A stretch of 64,000 nucleotides of DNA, taken from positions 1-64,000 of the forward strand of contig JAHLWZ010000804.1 of assembly GCA_020536535.1 (NCBI GenBank), in the 5' to 3' direction. Below the pieces are notes generated by a model. That model ran no database searches, was not told the origin of the DNA, and saw only the letters and a list, made by a program, of their open reading frames with translations. A program made the position numbers and the translations under genes. The stretch comes from Pelomyxa schiedti. Taxonomy: Eukaryota > Protista > Evosea. Below, piece by piece: positions 1 to 13,452 of the stretch (its first letter is position 1; the number at the start of each line of letters is the position of its first letter).

Positions 1-135
1 CACCCCGTGGCCGATGGTCTTGTAGAAAACGCCTTTTTTTTCCGTCTCAGTTCCTCGTCTCTGGACTGAGAAAACTAATAAACCCGATAAAAAGTGTGCA
101 CACTTGGGCAGTCCCAAAATTAAATTTAATGCTGC

Positions 136-837
136 ATGTCCAACTGGGCCCTGTGCGGGGCCTGCGGGAGCGGCAACCTCGCCCTGGCGCAGTGGCTCGC
201 GGACACCTTCGCGCTCACGGCCGCGGACGCGCGGAGCCTCCCGGCCCAGGGGGGCGCGCTGGAGCAGGCCTGCCGGAACGGCCGCCTGGAGACGGCCCAG
301 TGGCTCGTGCGCAGGTTCGGCCTCGGGCGGCCCGACCTGATGGGGCGCAACGGCACCTGCCTGGTCGCCGCGGCCCTGAGCGGCAACACGGCGCTGCTGC
401 AGTGGCTGGGCGAGCACTTTGGGCTCACCGCCAGCGACGTCCGCGTCGGCACCAACGAGGTCCTGCGGGCCGTCTGCGCCCGCGGCCTCGCGCACGCCTG
501 CGAGTGGCTGTGCACGGCGTTCGCGCTGACCCCCGCGGACGCCCGCGCGTGCGACAACGAGGCCCTGAGGAAGGCGTGCAAGGGAGGCCACCTGGACGTG
601 GCCCAGTTCCTGCAGTCGAAGTTCTCGCTGGGTCCTGAGGACGCCAGGTCGCGGGGGAACTACGCGTTCCGCAGGGCGTGCGCAAATGGGCACTTGGACG
701 TGGCCAGGTGGCTGATGGCCCAGTTCCACTTGGGCGCGGCCGACGTGGCTGCGTCCCACAATGAAGCTATCCAGGCCAGTGTGATAAAGGGGCACAAGCA
801 CGTGTCCGAGTGGCTCAGCTCCCTCACTTTCGAATGA
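136..837 (+). CDS. Ankyrin-repeat protein (intronless, 233 aa)
   Basis: Repeated ankyrin-like units: ALEQACRNGRLETAQWL, ALRKACKGGHLDVAQFL, AFRRACANGHLDVARWL. Codon usage is GC-rich. Confidence 0.9.
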   Translation: MSNWALCGACGSGNLALAQWLADTFALTAADARSLPAQGGALEQACRNGRLETAQWLVRRFGLGRPDLMGRNGTCLVAAALSGNTALLQWLGEHFGLTASDVRVGTNEVLRAVCARGLAHACEWLCTAFALTPADARACDNEALRKACKGGHLDVAQFLQSKFSLGPEDARSRGNYAFRRACANGHLDVARWLMAQFHLGAADVAASHNEAIQASVIKGHKHVSEWLSSLTFE

Positions 838-1065
838 CCGGGAACAGAGTATCTTATCTTACATAACCATGTGGCACACTCGTATCTTTCAACCACCAAC
901 ACTTGTCCACACCCCCACTGCTCATCACCAATTCTTCATTTTTTTTCACCCACGAGATCTCGTATGTGATGGAGAAAAAAAAAAAACGTGTGTAGATCTG
1001 ACAACGACCTGGGGCACTGGGACAAGGCCGAAAAAAAAAATCGGCGAAACACAAAAGAACAATAA

Positions 1066-4000
1066 ATGGGGAACCTTGCATTCAAAGACTACGAGGTGGT
1101 GTCGCAAGTGGGATCCGGTGGTTGTGCTTGTTGCTGGTTCGTCTATTTCGTGTGGCTGTTGGATTAGAACTTAAAACAAAACCCAAAAGGAAAATATGTG
1201 ATGCAGTCAAGAAATCCACGAAGGAAGAAGTGTCCTTATTTGTGAGGCCTCCAGCTTATTTATTGAACTCACTTTATGTGGTTGTTTGGCTTTGGCAGTT
1301 AATGTTTGAATGTAGATCTTTGAAAAGAAAATGCTGGAGAAATACCCCAAATCAGTGCAAGAATCTGTCTTGACAACCCTTCGTAAGGGTTGCCAAATGG
1401 CATCTAGGCTGCACCACCCACTCATTCTTAAGTAGTTGTCATTCATAATTCTCTCAGTACTCACCTATATATTCATTTCTTAAAAACCCATATATTGAAG
1501 GTCTAATACAAAGGGTGGCTATGACGAGTCAAAAGAGCATATTGTGGTTGAAACTGAGCGTGTTAAAGTACATAAACCTCCCGCCATTGCAGCTAATGTG
1601 AATGCAGATGTCCTTGGCGAATGTGCAAAAAAACTTCTCAAACATTCAACCAGTACCAGAGCAATTGCAATCCGTAGATTTTTCCCCACTTGAAGTACTG
1701 ATCATTACTGCACTGCATTATTGTCCTCACACATTTGAATTCATAGCTCAAAATTGGAATTTTGAATGTTTTAGAGGCTATGATGTTTTTGCATAGCCAG
1801 GCCCAATTGATCCACCTTGGCCTCTCACCTGAATGCGTCTTCATAACAAACGTTTGTCGCGACTCCTCTGTGTAATGCACTTATGATTCTCACACAGGAC
1901 TCCAAGTGGAAGTTAGGCTCGTTTTCTTTCTCTGTCATATCTGGGTACAAGCCCGGAGAAGCCAATTTCTCTTGGAAAGAATTAGATAACAAGGAAATAT
2001 TTCCCTTGAATGTATGCACATTCACCTGAAAACAGTCCCTTACCGGTCTTGTGCAGCCATGTCTAGATTATGCAGCTCCAGAAACTGTATTTTTGAAAAG
2101 GTCTACATTTTCAAGTGATCTCTTCAGCTTGGGTTGTATGGTATCCTGCATTGTCCTTCCTTCTTTTTGATAATATCTATAGATATGGGAGTTGTACAAT
2201 ATCAAAAAAGTCATGGCATCACCAACCAAGGAATCAGAGTCATCACACCTGATGAGGAACTACAACAACCTCCTTCGTTATAAACAAAACATAGAGAGAG
2301 TTCACCCTCTTGATGTCGCCAACATCCCTGACAATCTTCAAGGTATAAACTGGCACCTTTTCCTTCTTCCTTTCTTTTGATACTGTAATCAGCACCTCTT
2401 GCTCAACTGCTTCATGCTGATCCAGACCACCGTCTCCCACTTCGAGGTTTTGCAGAATCTCCTTTTTTTAGCTCAGATATTTTGGTTGTCTTGGCTCTCG
2501 CTCCATTGAAGTTAACTCCGCAATTTTTCCAGTTGCAAAGCCTATCTTTTGTGGCCGATATCAACTCGAAAGATGATCCTACTAAGACAAGATTTCTAAA
2601 AGGATTTTCAAAAATTATAGTTCAATATCCTCTGTCGCTTCTAAAGTCCAATGTATTTTCACATTTTTAATTTTTTTGTGTTCCAAGAATTTTCTGCAGA
2701 TACTTCCACCCCTTTCTCGAGAAATACTCAACCGTACCGCTCGTACATTCGTCCTGGAGAACCTCTTAACACTGACTACCATGTTTACTCCACGCGATTT
2801 CACTACTTATATTATGCCCATCTTGCAACCAGTGCTCATAAGTTCTGATATATCTGACTCCTTATTGGTGCTATGCAACAACATTCCCACTTTGGCTTCC
2901 AAAATGACACCTCAGATGTTGAACAACTGTTTGTTTGTACTTGAAACTTCTTCTTTCCAACTTATAGAACTGTTAGATCTGATAAGAATGGTAGAGACAG
3001 CACTAAGTTCCAATGAGACAGCTGTACTGATCTCTGTTTTGCAACAAATTCCTCCTCTTATGAACTCTATGGAATACGGAAACATCAAAACAAAAATCGT
3101 TCCAAAAATTCAAGTGTGTACCCCATTCAGTAGGTACCATCCCATTGATACGTTCTAGGCTTTATGCAAAATAGCTTCATTGAATCACAATGTTTTAGGT
3201 TTTACACCTGCCTCAGAATCAACTAAACAAATATACCACAGTTTGTGCCTTGCAGTGTCTCTCAATGTTACTACCATTGCTTGATAAAACTTGGATTTGT
3301 GATAATATTATACCCATTCTACAATCCGCCATCACATCGCACGCAAATTCCTCCAAAGCGGTTATGGCTTCTGTGGGAGTCTGTGTCGGGGCTGTCAAAC
3401 TACTTGGAGTTGAATTTGCTGCGAAGCAAGTGTTACCTTTCCTGGTTCCCTTTCTTGTAAATCCATCTTTGACTTCAAAGCAGGTACCTTATCTAACAGA
3501 ATAAATAGATATATAAATAACGTACAAAAATAAACTTTTGTCAGTTCTCTGTTTTCTTCTCTAGTCTCCGTGATATGCTCACAGAAATTGAAAAAGAAAG
3601 ACTTGCTTTCTTTGAAAATGCTGATAAGCTTTCTCAGGCTCAGTCAACTCAAATAGGTATTAATCGAAATAAAACTTCTCATCCGCTTTAAGTTTTCCCA
3701 CAGAGCAACAACAATTCCAACAAATTGTGCAAACTGAGTTTAAGCAAGATAAAAGTCGTGACTCACCAAGTGTACCAATGCGACATGATAGCATCAAACC
3801 CCCTGAGTAAGAGTAACACCTTTCTTTACTGAGACTAAGATACCAAGTGAGGAAGATGTAGCCCTTTTCAAAGACCTGGTCATGCGCCAACAGAATAGGT
3901 CATGGATGGACTTCTATACGCCTAGTGAAGCTGTGGCTCCTGTTTTGCAACCCACTCCTCTCAACCCGGAACAGACTGCGACCTCTGCCATGACACCAAT

Positions 4001-5284
4001 TCAGCCTCAATCGCCCAGTCAAGTTCCATCTTCACCTCCCTTGACTCAACCAATTCAACCTATGCACTCCACAGCTCTCCCAGCAACACAGTTGATGCAA
4101 CCACCAGTTCAAATACAACTGGGCCCAACACCAATCCAGTCATCTGTGGGTTCAATGTCATCACCATATGGTTATGCACAACCAACTCTGTCGTCGTCTT
4201 CATCAATGCTGCTCCCATCCACACAACCTTTAGTTTCGACACAGTCCGTCACCTCGTCTCCCTCAATGACATTACCTCCATTTATGACATTACCCCCCCA
4301 ACAACCGTCGGTAGCACTCACTCCAACTACTTTGGTGCCAACATCCACTCTCACGCTCAAGGACAAACCCGCACCTTCCCAGCCAACTCCCTCTGCCTCA
4401 ATTCCACTTGTAAGTCTCCTTTTGATATAACTTTTGGATTTACCTTCATACCCAGCAGAATCCTTTGGGTGCAGCCTCAGGACCAAGTGCTTTGGGAGAT
4501 GGGTCGCGCCCTATGATACCAGACCCTAAAACGGGTAAATGTTATTGATACATTGAGTAGGAGACAATTAGCTTATTCTTGGTACCAGGAATTTGGATTG
4601 AGATTCCCGATACCCAATCAGGAAAGTCGTACTTCTGGAATACAGCAACAAACCAAACATCTTGGGAGAGACCTGCTGCATCTGTGCCATTATCTACGCT
4701 GTCTCCTGTTGTTTCGGGACAGGGAGGCCTACAAATAGTAAATTTTCACCCCTCATGCAAGTAGACTCACAGGGATTTCACAGGTTCTAGGGTCCGGTGG
4801 TTCCCCCCAAGGCACTCCCCCTGCATATTCTTCCGCCGCCCTGCAGCCTCAACAACAAACTGCACCCCCACTAACAACAACCCCAATCAATAGAACAATA
4901 GATACACCATCACTATCACTACCACAAATTCCAGCAGCAACTGCAACAACACCCTCTTCCACTCCAATGATGCTACTCCCCACTCCCACACCAACACCAA
5001 CACAAATACCCACCCTCCCACCACCTAATTCCACATCTACATCCACCTTCCCAGCTTTTCCCACACCCACTCCCACAATTAGTCTTACACCCAAGCCACT
5101 ACCACAACCTGCGCCAATCACACCCACGTCATCAGTGTCCCCACTACAAAATCCATCCAGTGGCTGGAGTGATTTCTTCTCAGCCGAGACCTTCCAGCAA
5201 CCAGCGGCGACTTCAACAACAACAACAAGCGCCGCCGCATCGACAAGCACAACAAGTAACCCCAAGTCACTCATTTCATTCTGA
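1066..5284 (+). CDS. SCYL2: SCY1-like pseudokinase (SCYL2/CVAK104-like) with HEAT region, Pro/Thr/Ser-rich tail and a WW domain; multi-exon
   Basis: Spliced N-terminus MGNLAFKDYEVVSQVGSGGCACCW|KICDAVKKSTKEEVSLF..FEKKMLEKYP..RLHHPLILK matches the SCY1-family start. HEAT-like exons lie at 2676-3504 (FAAKQVLPFLVPFLVNPSLT). WW motif WIEIPDTQSGKSYFWNTATNQTSWERP lies at ~4590-4675. Confidence 0.8.
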
Positions 5285-5431
5285 AGATGAAGAAATTCCG
5301 GGGCTCACTTCTGTCTCTGATTCCCGTGAACCTGATTACCATCTTGATCAACCGTTGCTTCTCTGAACCCGAAAACATTTTTGTTTAAGACACTTTTTAT
5401 TTGTGGTGAGAGCGTTGCTACATTGGCGAAA

Positions 5432-7090
5432 ATGTTCGTTCTAGCACTTTTTTCGTTCGTGTCGTTGATGTCGGCATCCTCGGCAGCAACGGCACGGGGA
5501 GTCTCTCAAAACCTCATTATGGTTGGCGGTGCCCTCGACGACTACAACTCCCAAATCTACAGCAAGTTCGTGGAGTTGTCAGGGGGACTTGGCTCGCGAG
5601 TGGGCGTTATTCCTGCGGCCTCTGACGACCCAGTCAGCAGCGCTGAATACTACGTTGATCTTCTGAGAAACACTTGGGGACTGGATCCTTACTGGATAAT
5701 GGTACGCTACTGCGGTAGATGTTTAGTTAGGTGAACTTATGGGTCGATATAAAATTGCCAAACGAAATAAAAGATGTGAGTGTGTGAAAGTTTGAGTTTT
5801 TATGTCTGAGCTTCATATTAAAATGAATAATTTCTGTGAGTAGGTTGATGAAGCTCATCTGGATAATGCATCTAACCCTGAAGTTGTTGAACTGGCTAAC
5901 AGCATGAGTGGATTCTATTTCAGTGGGGGTGATCAGGCGAGAGTAACAGCCAGCTTTTTGTTTCCAAATGGGACTGATACTCCTGTCATGGCTGCAATAC
6001 GGGCAAAGTACAACGCGGGTGCTGTAGTTCTGGGCTCAAGGTATTTTTTTTCCTTGACTTTTTCTTCTTTGTGATGCAAACACTTTCTTTCAGTGCTGGG
6101 ACGGCATGCCAGACTTCTTACCCAATGGTGGATGGTGGTGAAAGGTGAGGATCCATCTGTATCAAAGGTTGAGACACACTTACTCATGCACAGTTACGAA
6201 GCACTCATTTATGGCACATTTGACACCTGCGATATTGATCCTTCATATCTTTGTGTAGATGGGTTCGGTCTGGGCCTATTCACGTGGGGCTATCTCGACA
6301 CACACTTCAGTGACCGTGGTCGAGAAGGACGGTTAATGAGACTAATTTCTGATGTCACACCATCTGGGTCTGCATTGCGAGGCTATGGTTGTGATCAAAA
6401 TACGGCACTACTAGTTAGTGCAAGTGATGAAGTGGCCACTGCCACAGTTATTGGGTCTGAGGGTGTCCTCATTGTTGATATGACTGGAGCAATGGTAATT
6501 AAGGACCCTGACACGGGAATGTGGTCAGCACATGGGATAACAACGTCGTATCTCACAGAAGATGACACTGTGGACCTTATTACTGGAAAAGTTATTTCTT
6601 TTGCGCCGGGAAAGCGAGTAAGCCTCTTCCCTCGCCATTGCCGAGTTGACACGCCCCACAGGCCCTTAAAGGAAGAGAACACACCACAAATGCAGTGACT
6701 TCCAGCGATATTTTTAATGTGGTTAGAGGTGAAAGAAACTTAGAGGTTGTCTCCCACCAACTTTTCATTGTACCGACTTGATTGACAGTATGTCAATGTG
6801 GCTACCTCACTGTTTGATGCAAGTGCCTCTCAATCAACATATGGGACCACTGTCCAGAAAAAGCCTGAGTACACGGTACCTGACCACAGCTAAATTAGAA
6901 GCTTTCTCTAATCTTGCTCTCAACAAGGTGTTCTTTACCAAAGCACCCGATGGGGCTGGTTACGACGGCGTCACAAGTTTCGACGTATATGTAATCAGTA
7001 AGCACTCCATTCTCTCCCTTTCTGTGCAATAGGTCTAAGATACCCAGGTTACACCGGTTGTATTGTAGACGTGTACCCAACTGAGTAAAA
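5432..7090 (+). CDS. Secreted cyanophycinase-like serine peptidase (peptidase S51, CphB/CphE-like); multi-exon, 3' end approximate
   Basis: Signal-peptide-like MFVLALFSFVSLMSASSAA, then LIMVGGAL, VGVIPAAS and FYFSGGDQ. The nucleophile motif GSSAG is built across an intron (GGCTCAAG|TGCTGGG). Also GGESYEAL and YLDTHFSDRGREGRL. Confidence 0.85.
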
Positions 7091-7184
7091 AGAACAAAAG
7101 TTACAAGAATAGAGGAAAGATTTGGGCCTTTTTTTTTACATAAGTTGTACATCATTCAATGAATTCAACAACACAACACTGGCC

Positions 7185-9044
7185 TCAGTCATCCGCATAA
7201 GCAGAATCATCCCCGTCCTCATCCTCGTCCTCTCCCTCGTTGCCCTCGCTTCCTGAACCCTCTTGTGGTACACCAAAGTCCACATCAGCTTCAACTGCAG
7301 CAAGGGCTGTTGGGTGAAGCCTTCTTTCATGCATTTTGCTTGTCATTATGGCGTTTTCAACCACGCCAATTCTTGTGTCCATTTTGTGGATTTCCGTCTG
7401 TGAAGTGATCAGTTGATGGAACAAGACTGCTCAGTTCGAACCTCGATTTTTTTCAGAGCGGTCTTTACTTCCAGAACGGGTTTGTTGTCACCCAAAGCGG
7501 ACTTATACATTTCCATTTCTTCCTTCGGTACCGTAAAGAGGTGAAGTGAAAAGAACAAAGTACACACATTTACAGCTGCTATCTCGTTGTCAATTTCCGA
7601 GATTTCCTCCAACAAAGAATCGCGTGACTTGGTACCCGCCATGTACCTGGCCTGAAGCTCATTTACAGCAGCTGATGCCGCTCTGTATTCGGCCACCTGT
7701 GTACCTTAGTATTGTGTCAAGGAATGAGAGAGAATAACCAATTGAGAGAGTTGGCTGTTGAGATGCCGTTCGTGACTTTCTATCTCTGTCAATTGAGTAG
7801 CAATATCTGTAGATATCTGCTGCAGCTGAGGTTTCATGGAAGGAAGAAGAGAACTGATGGTAGAGTGGTGCTTGTTGAGTAGTTCTCGTCGCGTGCGCCA
7901 ATCGCGGGTGTCTGGTGCAATTTGAACTTTTAGCTGTGCTGACACACGTTCCACTTCAACTTGCCAGGCTTGTATTTCTGCTTCAGAAAGGGTTCCAGGT
8001 GCGTTGCTTGTCCTTTGGTTTTGTTTAAGTCTCAAGCACAGATTAAAGGAAATAAGTGGGAATACTTGGGGGCTGAATCCAACGCATCTTCGTGTTCGTT
8101 CTCATTGTCAAAGACAAGTGGTCGCTCATCCAATTCGTCAGGTTCAGCTTCATCAACCATATCCTCTTCAAATTCGTCCTCTTTTGTTACTCTAAGTCCA
8201 ATGTTGAGACGCGACAGAGAGGAAACAAGGAATACTGTTGGAGCTCTTTTTCGTGATGAGGATTTTCAAAACGGAACCCAGCATTGGTCAAAGCAACACC
8301 CAGTAATTGATTTAATATGCTACATACAACTTCCCCATATCCCAATCTGACACGACTCGGTGGCATTTCACCGTTGAATCCCATAACTTTGAGTTCCGCC
8401 ACTGTAAGTATAGTAGTAGAGTGAGCATTTCGAAAACGAAAACTTGAAAGCCAAAATGAGAACCTATTGAGCCAGCAACAGAATTCGGGTCATCACTCCG
8501 CCCTGCAGGGCTCACTTTTCTCCCACACAGACCAGCCAGCCAGGCAAACAGCTGAGAAAAGTAAAAAAACTGAGGTGGTGTAGTCTGAGGTGACGGCAGT
8601 GCAACGCCTCCCCTGTTGTTGGAATTCCCTGATGAAGCAGATGATGACGTCACGACAGGCAGAGCAAAAAACCCAGGAGGAAGTGGCGGCAGGGCCCCCC
8701 TTGTGTAACCCCGGCAAAATCTAATTTCAAAACCAAAGTCCACATGGGTTACAACATAAAACATAAAACCATAAGAACAAAAAGCAGTCAGCAAACACAC
8801 ACTTGTTTTCGTAATCCAGGAGCCTCAATTTGTCCGCAATTTCGTCCATGAGGGTGAAGGCAGCCTGCTCACCCACGGGCTTCATCGGCGTCCCACCCGC
8901 GTCCCCAGAGCCGCCTCCTGCTCCTCTCAGGCTCTTGCCCTCCCCATTGGCACCACTCCCCGGTTGCTTTGTAGTCGCGTTCGTGGGCACGTACCCGCCC
9001 TGCGACGGCGTCTGATTTGCGGCTGGTGGGTTGCTACTCGCCAT
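7185..9044 (-). CDS. IFT57: Intraflagellar transport protein 57; multi-exon
   Basis: LMDEIADKLRLLDYE; AWQVEVERVSAQLKVQIAPDTRDWR; IESHERHLNSQL; MDTRIGVVENAI. All match IFT57/HIPPI conserved blocks. Confidence 0.9.
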
Positions 9045-9112
9045 TTCAGTGGCAACGGAATTTGGAACGAAAATTTGATCGTGAAAAAAGAAAAAACCTG
9101 TTTCTTCTTCTT

Positions 9113-11277
9113 TTAGTTGTGATCCTGCTGTGGTTGTTGGGTTTCTTCGTTGTTGGTTGCTTGGTGGGTGTCTACATCAATTCGCTGGGCATATGCCTGG
9201 AAGTAATTGTTGAAGAGTTGTGACTGCAGCAGTGCGGTCAAAAACGGTCTATCACTTAGTGGTGACACTGTCAGAAACACTTCATTCACAAGCACAGTTA
9301 CAGGAGTTGGTGTGGTCACACTGCGGGCGCAGCACGGCGGTATGTTCTTGGTAATGTGGAACACCAGGTGTTCATATATATTGCCGCATATTTCAGCCCA
9401 CACTGCAGCCTGTGACCGGCTCAGGAATGTGCTGCCGCTCTGAACACAGCTCTCCACCATCTGCTGAAGTGTGGTCCACATTGGGTCAATGGTGGATTCC
9501 AGTTTGCTGTGATTTGGGAGGAGTGGAATTGCGCAGCTGCTGGTGAGGGCTCCGGTGACCAAGTTGACAACAACATACTCGCCGGTGGGAACATCATCTC
9601 CTGTAACGCCTACAATGAAAGGCACAGGTGCCTCCAAGACACCACGCATTGACTGTGGGAGAACGGGGATGATGATGCTGCACCACTCAAATGGGTGGAG
9701 GAGAGTGAGTAACGCGCAGATGACACAGGACAGTGATTTCAGGTTTGGGGAGATGAGTACAATTTTCAGTTCCATCATCAAGGCTGACAGTAGAAGTATC
9801 AGGGCCTTGGCGCTTATGCTATTCACAAGCACAAGGGCACCCCAGTCTGCAAACATGTAGTTGTCATCATCACCAGGAAAGGGTCGAGTGAATGCATGAG
9901 ATATTCTGAGTGGTGGGGCAAACACCACGTCGATGCACTGTCCAGGACATGGGATTGGGATAGTCTGGTATGCACTAAGTAGTGCAGTAATTGAGTGGTG
10001 TGCAAAGAGAGGTGCTGTTGGGTGTGAACTTTCAGTAATTGTTGAAGGGTGTGCCGCCAGAGAAAACTTCATTAAATGCATGTCGTAAGAGAGTAAGTCA
10101 TGCAGAACTCCAAAATGGAGACGGAAGAATGGGTAGGCCGTGAGAATGCAATAGCATCGAGGTGTTAGAATAAACTCTCCTGTTGCTGTTTTCGCACATG
10201 AATTCAACATTTCTTTGTGACTAAGCTGAAATAAGGTGTTTTTGTTTTACGATAAAGTAAATATTAATGCTGTGAAACAACATGAAACAATAAAGTTGGG
10301 AGAAGCTCGCAGGAAAAATACCTTAGGTGAGTTGTGCCAATCCCGTAATACTGGCCAGTTTGCTGGCTCGAGTCGCCACATACAAACACCGTATTTCGGT
10401 ATGGCCTTGTCACTTGTCATAATGAATACAAACGACCATTCTGTATTCATGTGCGATTTATTGGCATGGTTTAACATTTCTGTGATATCCAGTGTGTCTT
10501 TTTCTGTTTCTTGATTAATAGTGGAACAACTTGATGCATTGAACCAATTAAAGTCGGCTTGGGAATTCCATCAGGGAAACAAAATTTTTCAACAGAAGTG
10601 AGAGATGGATCGACTTTGCCAGAAGAAAGAGGCCACTGGTACAGAATGTGTGGTTGCTCCAGTAATTTTGATGAGGTAGGTGCTAAATTGCACATAGTGC
10701 AAGAAGGTGTTTCCGTCCCTCTAGGAGTACTCGAAAGACTATTCGTAGTTGTAGATGTCGTAGTAGTAGTAGTGGTTGTAGTTGTTGTTGTTGTTGTGGT
10801 TGCTGTTGATGTGGGAGGTAATGAAACTGTAGACGAGAAATTTGAGAAAGGAGAAGGGGAACTCTGGCTTTCCGTAGAGAATGAATTCCTATTCTCTGCC
10901 GAGAATTCGTCCTTGGTTCGGTTCGTTCCTGTGCCTTTTCCGCCGCCTCCGCTCTCCGCCTCTCGGCGCTGAGTAGCCGTCGCAGTCGGCGTCGGCATCA
11001 TCATCACCGGTGCCCCGACTACAAAGAACTTCTCAAACATTGCGCAGCACGCGGCGCCGTCGTCGCGGTCGCTGGCGCAGCAGTTGCAGCAAAGCCTGAT
11101 GACGTCACCGCCGCCGCCGTCGGCGGCTGCGGCGGTCAGTATCCGCGTCCCGTGCGCGCGGAGCGACGACCGCCTGAACCCGCCGTAGTTCTCCCGCGAG
11201 AACTGCTCGTTCGTGATCTGTGTGACCACGACGTCGGTATCCACAGACGGAAGTTCCGCCTGTCCAAGTTGTTGTTG

Positions 11278-11310
<33 letters not shown>

Positions 11311-11466
11311 AAGCCTGGACCCGCTGAGGTTTCGCTTCCTTCTTCGCGCCGGAGAGAGCGAGAAGGGCGAAGAAGACGACGAGCCGAGGTCCTCAGATTC
11401 GCCCAGCGTGGGAGTCACCGACGGCGTCGGCGCCCGCGGCATCAACCAACCCGCGATAGTGTCCAT
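9113..11466 (-). CDS. DENN-domain protein (Rab GEF family) with low-complexity polyQ/polyT N-terminus
   Basis: FEKFFVVG, ILYQWP and FCFPDG (uDENN); CYCILTAYPFF; ALMMELKIVLIS..LLHPFEW..IIPVLP..VLEAPVPFIVGV (cDENN); FLTALLQSQLF (dDENN). Confidence 0.9.
11268..11310. repeat. CAG/CAA microsatellite encoding polyQ in the DENN protein
   Basis: The + strand (ctg)n/(ttg)n run reads QQQQQQQQQQQQQ on the minus-strand ORF. Confidence 0.9.
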
Positions 11467-11536
11467 TCGCAGAAGAACAATTTTGTTTGTAGTGTGTGAT
11501 GGAATGGAATGAGCGCCGAACGAATGAATCGTTTAC

Positions 11537-13328
11537 TCAAAACATTTGTGTTGTTACAAACAAGGCCGGTTCAGTGTCATCCCCTCCTCCGCTCCTTTGG
11601 AAAGAGACATGCTGCTTCCTTAGTTTAGAGAACGGCCGGTCTGTATTAGGATACAAGTAGCACACATTCCAGTTCCCTTGGGGTGCAATGGATCCTGATT
11701 TATGCACTTTGGTGGCTTGTAGGAACTGATATTCTCCGCCGAATTGAACGTAGCCTCCTTGTATCCGGCACACATTGGAGGGTGTAAAAGACTCCAGGCT
11801 CATCAGGCCACCACCGTGGGCTTTGGCGGTGCTGAATATCCAGCGCTTCATTGGCTCCTTATTCAAGTCCGCTTCAGTGACCATTCGGAATCCTGGATAT
11901 TTACCAGTTGACCTGCCAACGGCGATCACGAATTTCGGACTGCTGTGCACTTGCACGGGTACTGTTACGGCTGGTGCGGTGAGTGGATGAAGCTTGATGG
12001 ATATTTGGTGGTTTCCGGTGGCTTCAAAAGGTCCCACTTCAACAGACCACCCCTTCACATTTAGCGGTGGTGGAGATAAAGCATCAGGCTCTTCCTTGGG
12101 ATTTCGCTCAGTTTGGTGGTTATAGAGTAAATTGGAAGTACTTACCAAAAAGGATGCTTGCACTTGAGGTGCTAGTTTGGAATGAAATGACTCCATTACA
12201 GGTCTGCCGTTTCGGTCACAAAAACAGGGCTCCACGGTAATGACAGATTTTGCCCCGGGTCCAAGGTCACATTTTGTTGGGGTAACAGTGAATGAACTGT
12301 GGCTTAGGGAGATGCCAAACACAAACTCGCCCGATGTAGCTATTTGTTCTGCTGAGATTATTTGTGATGGGCAAAACACCACATCCAACGGAGGTACAGA
12401 AGGAAGTTGCAGTGAATGACATGGGGAGACTCGAGCTTCAAACACTTGTTTGTGTGATTGCAAGAACGAGAGCCCAGTGAGCGAGTCAAGCTGCTGCAGT
12501 GCCAATCGTGCTTGGGAGGTATGCTCACCCGACACTTCAAGTGAGGCAAGGAGCTCATTAAATGTGGCATCTAGCACGAGTCACTGGTAGCTATTTATAA
12601 TGTAATTACCTTGGTCTTTATACAATCTATCAGCTTCCGAAATAAGTTTAGCTTGCCTGCATTCAAGTGCCTCTCTAAGAGTGTCAAAGTGCTCACGTAT
12701 CGCACCCTTGACAGTCTCATATGCCTGGAATGCATTCAACCTATTAGAGAGAGCAGGAAAACATGGGAAACGCAACGCAAACTTCCCTCCCTATGTTTCA
12801 GTGCAAAACGCGCACCAATTTTGATGCTCCCTGCGCAGAAATAATCTCTGCCTTCCTGTACCCGATTGACCCGCCCAACTTGCTCACGAACGCGAGCTCG
12901 TCGGCGACGGCGGCGCGCCTGAGCGCCTCCGCCTCCTCGATTGTGACGCAGGCGTGGGGGACCCCCGTGGAGGGGTCGCGGTGCGGCCCGAGGAGGAGGC
13001 AGCGGGCGCACACCAGCTCCGAGTCTTGAGAGCAGAACATGTCCAGGTCGCACTGCTTGTGCAGCCCGCAGCGGGCGGCCGGCCTCGCCTCGGCGGCGCG
13101 GGCTTCGCAAGCAGTGGTGCCTGGCCCCGCTGGTGCTGCCGCTGGCGTTGGCGTGCCGCCGCGGAGAGGGACGGGGAGCGGGGAGGGGGCGTGGGACCTC
13201 AGAGCCCTGTTGGCGTGGAGTTGCTTGGAGCACGAGTCACACAGCGGCCCACAGTGCTCGCACTCCACCGTCGCCGTCGATCCCTCGCACGACCCACATT
13301 TCACCACTCCCTCGTCGGCCCGTATCAT
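11537..13328 (-). CDS. B-box zinc-finger / coiled-coil protein (TRIM-like, no RING seen) with an unidentified beta-rich C-terminus
   Basis: B-box1 CGSCEGSTATVECEHCGPLCDSCSKQLHANRALRSH; B-box2 CGLHKQCDLDMFCSQDSELVCARCLLLGPH; coiled coil IREHFDTLREALECRQAKLISEADRL. Confidence 0.8.
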
Positions 13329-13452
13329 CGTTTTGAGAACAACAATTTCGGAAAAGGAGAAAAATAACGCTGTCATCAAACAACAACCCGCTCACTCTGC
13401 GTCACTAGTTAGTATCTGTGCGTTACCTCTCGTTTTTGACCTCCCCATAGGT

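Noticed and set aside
96-685. Multiple overlapping Arg/Pro/Gly-rich ORFs around the ankyrin gene, and similar ones at 12736-13367, 15448-16177, 22809-23312 and 54034-54576
   Set aside because: These are alternative-frame or antisense artefacts of GC-rich coding sequence with no domain motifs.
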